DNA of 52,074 nucleotides from an uncultured Gammaproteobacteria bacterium (lineage in GTDB: Bacteria > Patescibacteriota > Microgenomatia > Levybacterales > GWA1-39-11), in assembly GCA_964641355.1 (NCBI GenBank), contig CAZXND010000003.1, forward strand, positions 66,903-118,976. Direction: 5' to 3'. Positions 47,626-52,074 of the stretch are shown here, piece by piece. The number at the start of each line of letters is the position of its first letter. Within the stretch, counting starts at the first letter, position 1. The notes beneath the pieces are model-generated. The model did no database searches. It had not been told where the DNA came from and saw only the letters and a program-made list of their open reading frames with translations. Position numbers and translations under genes: made by a program.

Positions 47626-48543
47626 ATGGATAAGGACGCCATTTCCGCACAAATTCAAGAAATTGACAACAAAATCGCTGAGGCACAAGCATTATTATCT
47701 GATCCTCTAATGGAGCAACTTGCCCAAGAAGAAGTAAATGAGCTAAAAAAGCAGAAAGAAAGTCTTGAGCAACTTCTAAATGGAGGAAACTATGAAACGT
47801 TTCAGGAAAATTCAACAAATGATGCATTCGGACTTAATAGAAAAAATGTAATTCTCGAGGTCAAAGGAGCTGCTGGTGGCGATGAGGCTAAAATATGGGC
47901 AAAAGAACTTTTAAGAATGTACCAACGCTATGCTGAGCGACACGGAATAAAAATAGAGTTACTTGATGAAAATACTATAAAGATAATAGGAAAAGGCTCT
48001 TTTGCCAGATTTAAGTATGAAACAGGGGTACATAGAGTTCAGAGAGTTCCCGAAACTGAAAAAAGAGGTCGCGTCCACACCTCAACTGCTGTAGTATCTG
48101 CACTACCCGAGCTTGAAGATCTTGATTTACATATAAACGAAGGAGATATAGAGTTTGAAGCTTTTAGAGCTGGAGGGCATGGAGGGCAAAACGTTAATAA
48201 AGTATCAACAGCTGTTAGACTTCGTCATAAACCTAGTGGAATCGTTGTAACGTGTCAAACAGAAAGATCACAAATTCAAAATCGGGAAAATGCAATGAAG
48301 ATCCTTAGAGCTAAATTATGGGAAGAAGAAATTTCAAAGAGACAGGAAACTTTATCAGAGCTTAAGTCCACACAAGTCGGAAAGGGAATGAGAGCCGAAA
48401 AAATACGAACATATAACTTTCCTCAAGATAGAGTTACAGATCACAGAATTAATAAATCCTACCACAATATTCCTGAATTTATGGATGGAAATTTAGATAA
48501 AATGATTCTAGAATTAAAAGAATTAGAGAACGCAGAATCTTAA
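47626..48543 (+). CDS. prfA: Peptide chain release factor 1-type, short form
   Basis: GGQ at 48181-48189 ([19 protein letters not shown]) and the RF1-type block [18 protein letters not shown] are present. The ORF is 305 aa. Confidence 0.88.
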   Translation: MDKDAISAQIQEIDNKIAEAQALLSDPLMEQLAQEEVNELKKQKESLEQLLNGGNYETFQENSTNDAFGLNRKNVILEVKGAAGGDEAKIWAKELLRMYQRYAERHGIKIELLDENTIKIIGKGSFARFKYETGVHRVQRVPETEKRGRVHTSTAVVSALPELEDLDLHINEGDIEFEAFRAGGHGGQNVNKVSTAVRLRHKPSGIVVTCQTERSQIQNRENAMKILRAKLWEEEISKRQETLSELKSTQVGKGMRAEKIRTYNFPQDRVTDHRINKSYHNIPEFMDGNLDKMILELKELENAES

Positions 48544-49463
48544 GAATAAGCCTCACTAATAATTTCAACTACTTCAGGGATTGTAAGATTAGAACTTGTC
48601 ATAGTTGGATTCTTTGAGCTTCCATTGAGAAGCATTTTCTTCGATACGTGTAAAAACCAGGTCGCTTGTGGATCTCTCTCTTTTATTCTTTCATAAACTG
48701 GAGTCAAATCAAGATCAATAGTTTTAACGTTTGACTTTCTCCAATGTTCTCTTGCAACTGGCCTAGTTTTGATCCTAATATGTCCGTATTTCGGATCTCT
48801 TCTTACAGTAATTACATATCCCATCTTTTGTGCGATTTTCAATACATCATCATTTTGTGTTTCTACCGCAAGACCTTTTCCAAAACTCGTCACAAATTCT
48901 ATTCCTTTTTCTTTTATTTCTTCCTCTGCCCAAAGCCTATTCTCAAAATTGGAAAGCGCATTATCGAGAAGCCCCATACCATAATCGGCGACTGCTAAAT
49001 CATCTTGTGGATGCTGGAAACGAAAACCATCCAAAATACCAACCAAAGAGAACTCATAAATATCCGACAATGGATCTGGATAGAATACTTCTTGAAAATG
49101 ATCCACATCAACAGCTAGATCAACTAATCTTTTTGCAGCTTCTGTTTTATGCTTATTCTTTCCTAGCGTATTATCTCTCAAGGAGAGAATATAGGAAAGA
49201 GTAAGACTGGCTGCACACTCATTATCATCATCAAGTTGATGGTGATCAAGTTTTCCCATTCCAGTATCTACATGAATCGTTTCTATATCACTAAGAATTT
49301 CAATCACTTCACCCTCATTTCCATAATTTCCAGGCAACTTCGATCCAGCAGGAACAAAACGAATTTCTGCATTTTCCCAACCAGGAACAAAACGTTTAAT
49401 TAACCAAATCGATGTTATACCATCTAGATCACAAGACTTATGAGTAATAATCTGACGAGCCAT
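48540..49463 (-). CDS. DHH-family phosphoesterase-like protein
   Basis: [12 protein letters not shown] (motif I-like) and KLDHHQ (DHH motif) are present. The ATG at 49463 sits behind TTGTCA-N17-TATACT. Confidence 0.6.
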   Translation of the reverse strand: MARQIITHKSCDLDGITSIWLIKRFVPGWENAEIRFVPAGSKLPGNYGNEGEVIEILSDIETIHVDTGMGKLDHHQLDDDNECAASLTLSYILSLRDNTLGKNKHKTEAAKRLVDLAVDVDHFQEVFYPDPLSDIYEFSLVGILDGFRFQHPQDDLAVADYGMGLLDNALSNFENRLWAEEEIKEKGIEFVTSFGKGLAVETQNDDVLKIAQKMGYVITVRRDPKYGHIRIKTRPVAREHWRKSNVKTIDLDLTPVYERIKERDPQATWFLHVSKKMLLNGSSKNPTMTSSNLTIPEVVEIISEAYS

Positions 49464-49470
49464 AGTGCTA

Positions 49471-49499
49471 AGTATACTAATTCGATCGCAACTTGACAA
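49471..49499 (-). promoter_or_regulatory. Sigma70-type promoter abutting the DHH gene start
   Basis: On the minus strand: TTGTCA (49499-49494), 17 nt, TATACT (49476-49471), 7 nt, then ATG at 49463. Confidence 0.6.
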
Positions 49500-49528
49500 C
49501 AGAGATAAAAATACCCTACCATGGATAT

Positions 49529-50065
49529 ATGGATCCTAAAAATCAAAATTTAAAACCTGAACTAAAAGAGATATACGACAAGATCATGAGTACTCCTACC
49601 TCTAATGGGACATCAACTACAACCCCAAAAGAACCAAATCCTACTGTTCAAGTGAATCCTCAACCTACTTCTATTTCTTCCACTCCTCCCCCACCTCCCA
49701 CCATGGAATCAATAGAGACAATGAGCCCTGCAATGCCTTCCACACCAGCTTCACCATCCACTGCGCAAGCTGCTTCAGTGTCTAATCTTAATCCTCAATC
49801 ATTTCCACAAACTCCTCCACCGCCCCCATCTTTAGATAACAATCCAACTCCACCTATTAATACTCCTATTGGTATGACTGATAATCTTGGGGGTGGATAT
49901 GCATTCTCAGGAGGTCAAACAACAAGTTTTACCCCAACAGGGGCGCAGGACATGACTTCTAAAAAAGGCTTAGGAAAAATTTCGGGGAAGCTATTAACTC
50001 TTCTTATAGTAGCGTTTATAATTACTTATACGATTATTTGGTTGAAGCTTTTTAACTTCTTTTAA
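49529..50065 (+). CDS. Pro/Thr/Ser-rich protein with a C-terminal transmembrane anchor
   Basis: The low-complexity P/T/S core includes PPPPP runs, and the C-terminus is LLTLLIVAFIITYTIIWLKLF. The start is ATG at 49529 or TTG at 49493. Confidence 0.55.
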   Translation: MDPKNQNLKPELKEIYDKIMSTPTSNGTSTTTPKEPNPTVQVNPQPTSISSTPPPPPTMESIETMSPAMPSTPASPSTAQAASVSNLNPQSFPQTPPPPPSLDNNPTPPINTPIGMTDNLGGGYAFSGGQTTSFTPTGAQDMTSKKGLGKISGKLLTLLIVAFIITYTIIWLKLFNFF

Positions 50066-51281
50066 TTTCATCAATTAATTCTTCTATGGAAGTTAGTTTC
50101 GTTTGATTGCTTTTTCTTTCTTTTATCTCTAATTTACCAGCAGTCTTTTCGGAAACTACCACTCTATATGGAATCCCAAGCAAGTCTGCATCGGAAAATT
50201 TCTCTCCCGTACTTTTATCACGATCATCATACAAAACATCAATCTCAGCCTCTTTTAATTGAGAATAAATTTTTTCTGCCTCTTCATCTTTTCCTATCGA
50301 AATTAAATAAACCATAAAAGGAGCAACGCTTTTAGGCCACACGATTCCTTGCTCATCGGAGTGTACTTCAACTATTGTTCCCATAACCCTTGTTGGTCCA
50401 ATCCCATAGCTTGCAAAATAAACAGGTTTTCTTCTACCCTCACGGTCGGTAAACATTACATTCATCTTTTCAGCATAATAAGTTCCCAGTGGAAAAATAT
50501 TTCCCACCTCAATAGATCTTGAGCTTTTTATTGAACCATTATTACATTTTGGGCAAGCATCGCCTATGCTTACGGTTTTGACCTCGTCATTTTCAGCAAA
50601 ATCGCACTTTTCACAATAATAAACAGTATCTTCTCCACTCTCCGCCAAAACCTGAAACTCATGCGTATGACTATTCGTGAATACTCCTCCTGATGCCTCT
50701 GTTACCTTTACTTCTAATCCAAGTCTTCTAAAGGTGTTTACATAAACATCTTTCATTTTGTTGTAATATTCGAAAAGACTCTCTTCTGATTCATGTGCGC
50801 TATATAGATCTTTCATGAGAAATTCTCGACCTCGAAGAATTCCTGATTTTGCCCTAGGTTCATTTCTAAACTTAGTAGAAAATTGATAGATCTTTACTGG
50901 GAGATCCTTATAGCTTGAAATGTGCTTTCTGAGAAGGTCCATTACAATCTCTTCGTGAGTGAAGGATAAAGCATACTCCTTATCATCTTTCTCAAATTGG
51001 TACATTACCTCAGAAGCAGAATCCCATCTTCCAGTTTCATTCCAAATGTCCTTCGGGTGAAGAAGAGGCATTAAAAGCTCTTGAGCACCCGTAGCGTTCA
51101 TTTCTTCTCTAATTATTTCCTCAATCTTACTCTCAACCTTTCTACCCAAATATAAAAGTGAGTAAGAACCCGCCATGAGCTTATCTATAAATCCGCCTTG
51201 GAGAAGAAATCTAGCATTGACTGCAATTTCGTCATGTGGGTAATTTTTACTTGATTTACCAAAAAGATTCGAGTAACGCAT
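50052..51281 (-). CDS. proS: Prolyl-tRNA synthetase, short form without an INS editing domain
   Basis: Class II motif 2 (FRNEPRAKSGILRGREFLMKD) and a C-terminal anticodon-binding domain are present. A CxxC...CxxC insert lies at 50544-50615. The ORF is 409 aa. Confidence 0.9.
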   Translation of the reverse strand: MRYSNLFGKSSKNYPHDEIAVNARFLLQGGFIDKLMAGSYSLLYLGRKVESKIEEIIREEMNATGAQELLMPLLHPKDIWNETGRWDSASEVMYQFEKDDKEYALSFTHEEIVMDLLRKHISSYKDLPVKIYQFSTKFRNEPRAKSGILRGREFLMKDLYSAHESEESLFEYYNKMKDVYVNTFRRLGLEVKVTEASGGVFTNSHTHEFQVLAESGEDTVYYCEKCDFAENDEVKTVSIGDACPKCNNGSIKSSRSIEVGNIFPLGTYYAEKMNVMFTDREGRRKPVYFASYGIGPTRVMGTIVEVHSDEQGIVWPKSVAPFMVYLISIGKDEEAEKIYSQLKEAEIDVLYDDRDKSTGEKFSDADLLGIPYRVVVSEKTAGKLEIKERKSNQTKLTSIEELIDEIKRS

Positions 51282-51293
51282 GAGGATAGTATA
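51282..51293 (-). promoter_or_regulatory. -10 hexamer abutting the proS start
   Basis: On the minus strand: TATACT (51293-51288), ATCCTC, then ATG at 51281. Confidence 0.45.
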
Positions 51294-51343
51294 TATTCTG
51301 CATCATCCTTTTTCAATGGAATTTTGGTAAAATAGCGCTTAAC

Positions 51344-51514
51344 ATGGAAAGGTTGAAAATCCTACCTCAAGAAGAGCTAAAAGAGGCAGTTGCCCTAGGG
51401 GCAATAATTTTGGGAGTTATACATCGAAAAGCGATCGCTCAGATTATAAGTCAAGCGGCAGCTCTCCCATTTTCAGATTTTAATGTCTCTTTTTCCGAAG
51501 GTGATAAAAAATGA
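51344..51514 (+). CDS. Small hypothetical protein (56 aa), absent from the ORF track
   Basis: MERLKILPQEELKEAVALGAIILGVIHRKAIAQIISQAAALPFSDFNVSFSEGDKK. TG-G-TAAAAT at 51325-51333 lies 10 nt upstream of the ATG. Confidence 0.4.
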   Translation: MERLKILPQEELKEAVALGAIILGVIHRKAIAQIISQAAALPFSDFNVSFSEGDKK

Positions 51515-51534
51515 TATAATTTGCCTATAGTTTT

Positions 51535-51756
51535 ATGGCAAGTAGACAAGAAAAACTAGATTATAAAAAGGAGGGATTGAAAAGTTCAAATCGTAGTTTT
51601 GGAGCCCTCGCTTCTTTTCCATTTATTATGGAGTCTATTTTCTTAACCGCACGAGGAGATTACATAAGAGGGCCTATACTTGCAGTTGCTGCCGGAGCAA
51701 TGATCGAAGGAATAACTTTTGCGGCTACAAAAATAAACATAAATTTAAATAAATGA
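51535..51756 (+). CDS. Small hydrophobic protein (73 aa)
   Basis: TG-A-TATAAT at 51512-51520 lies 14 nt upstream. It has an ATGA overlap with the next ORF and contains two hydrophobic segments. Confidence 0.5.
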   Translation: MASRQEKLDYKKEGLKSSNRSFGALASFPFIMESIFLTARGDYIRGPILAVAAGAMIEGITFAATKININLNK

Positions 51757-51986
51757 ATTTAATAGAATCGGCAAAAAAACCAATTAAACTAGGCATTAGA
51801 TCTTTTAGACCCGCTGATGATCCTAAAGATGCGAAATTGATAAGGAAAGCGGCTAGCGTAGGAATTGCGTTTGGTCTTTTGTACTCAGCTGAAGGAATAA
51901 TGGATAAAAATGCTGCGACTGCAGTTTCTTCGGGAATGTGCCTTGCTGTATCAACGATTGAAGCACTTATACACATCAAAAAATAA
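51753..51986 (+). CDS. Small hydrophobic protein (77 aa), possible paralog of the preceding gene
   Basis: It is translationally coupled by ATGA and shares an xA.G....(R/K)....AV..G pattern with the 73-aa protein. A competing antisense ORF (51725-52012, GTG start) is judged less likely. Confidence 0.45.
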   Translation: MNLIESAKKPIKLGIRSFRPADDPKDAKLIRKAASVGIAFGLLYSAEGIMDKNAATAVSSGMCLAVSTIEALIHIKK

Positions 51987-52065
51987 TTTATGAATACACG
52001 AAGCGTGTTCACAAACTACATTTATGAATACACGAAGCGTGTTCACAAACTACATTTATGAATAA
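51987..52065. repeat. 34-bp tandem repeat (2.3 copies) at the window edge
   Basis: tttatgaatacacgaagcgtgttcacaaactaca occupies 51987-52020 and is identical at 52021-52054. A third copy is truncated at 52055-52065. Each unit holds the palindrome ACACG-aag-CGTGT. Confidence 0.95.
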
Positions 52066-52074
52066 GGACCCTAA

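Noticed and set aside
47626-48543. Programmed +1 frameshift of an RF2 gene
   Set aside because: The factor has the RF1-type recognition loop (PxT, no SPF), reads as a single uninterrupted frame, and has no CTTTGAC-like shift site.
51987-52074. Possible start of a CRISPR array
   Set aside because: The 34-bp units are directly adjacent and identical with no unique spacers between them. No cas genes are visible. This is a tandem repeat, not a repeat-spacer array.

Overview
The window is densely packed, low-GC bacterial chromosome. Inference only: short enzyme variants, scarce Shine-Dalgarno sites and a large type IV pilus locus suggest a reduced-genome lineage such as CPR/Patescibacteria. TGA is a normal stop codon. 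Contents: a type IV pilus locus (pilM, a PilX-like gene, seven prepilin-like genes, pilD, then pilB-pilT-pilC, with holB inserted); gyrB-ppa-gyrA; folD; pyrB-pyrC with convergent pyrD; an accessory patch (134-aa hypothetical, Xer-type tyrosine recombinase, winged-helix protein); and housekeeping genes (ruvC, yebC, efp, dnaB, cysS, rpsF-ssb-rpsR, purD, hisS, rpmE, prfA, proS, tRNA-Leu, tRNA-Ala). The main anomaly is about 1 kb of gene-free DNA (23881-24880) beside the recombinase. It holds a perfect 12-bp hairpin, a tandemly duplicated extended -10 motif, a perfect DnaA box, iteron-like 16-nt repeats and a 10-bp inverted-repeat pair. I cannot assign it to any known RNA or element. The second main observation is that many operon-first genes carry a (TGn)TAnnnT hexamer 6-7 nt from the start codon, implying leaderless transcription. 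A 34-bp tandem repeat at the right edge follows three small membrane-protein genes.
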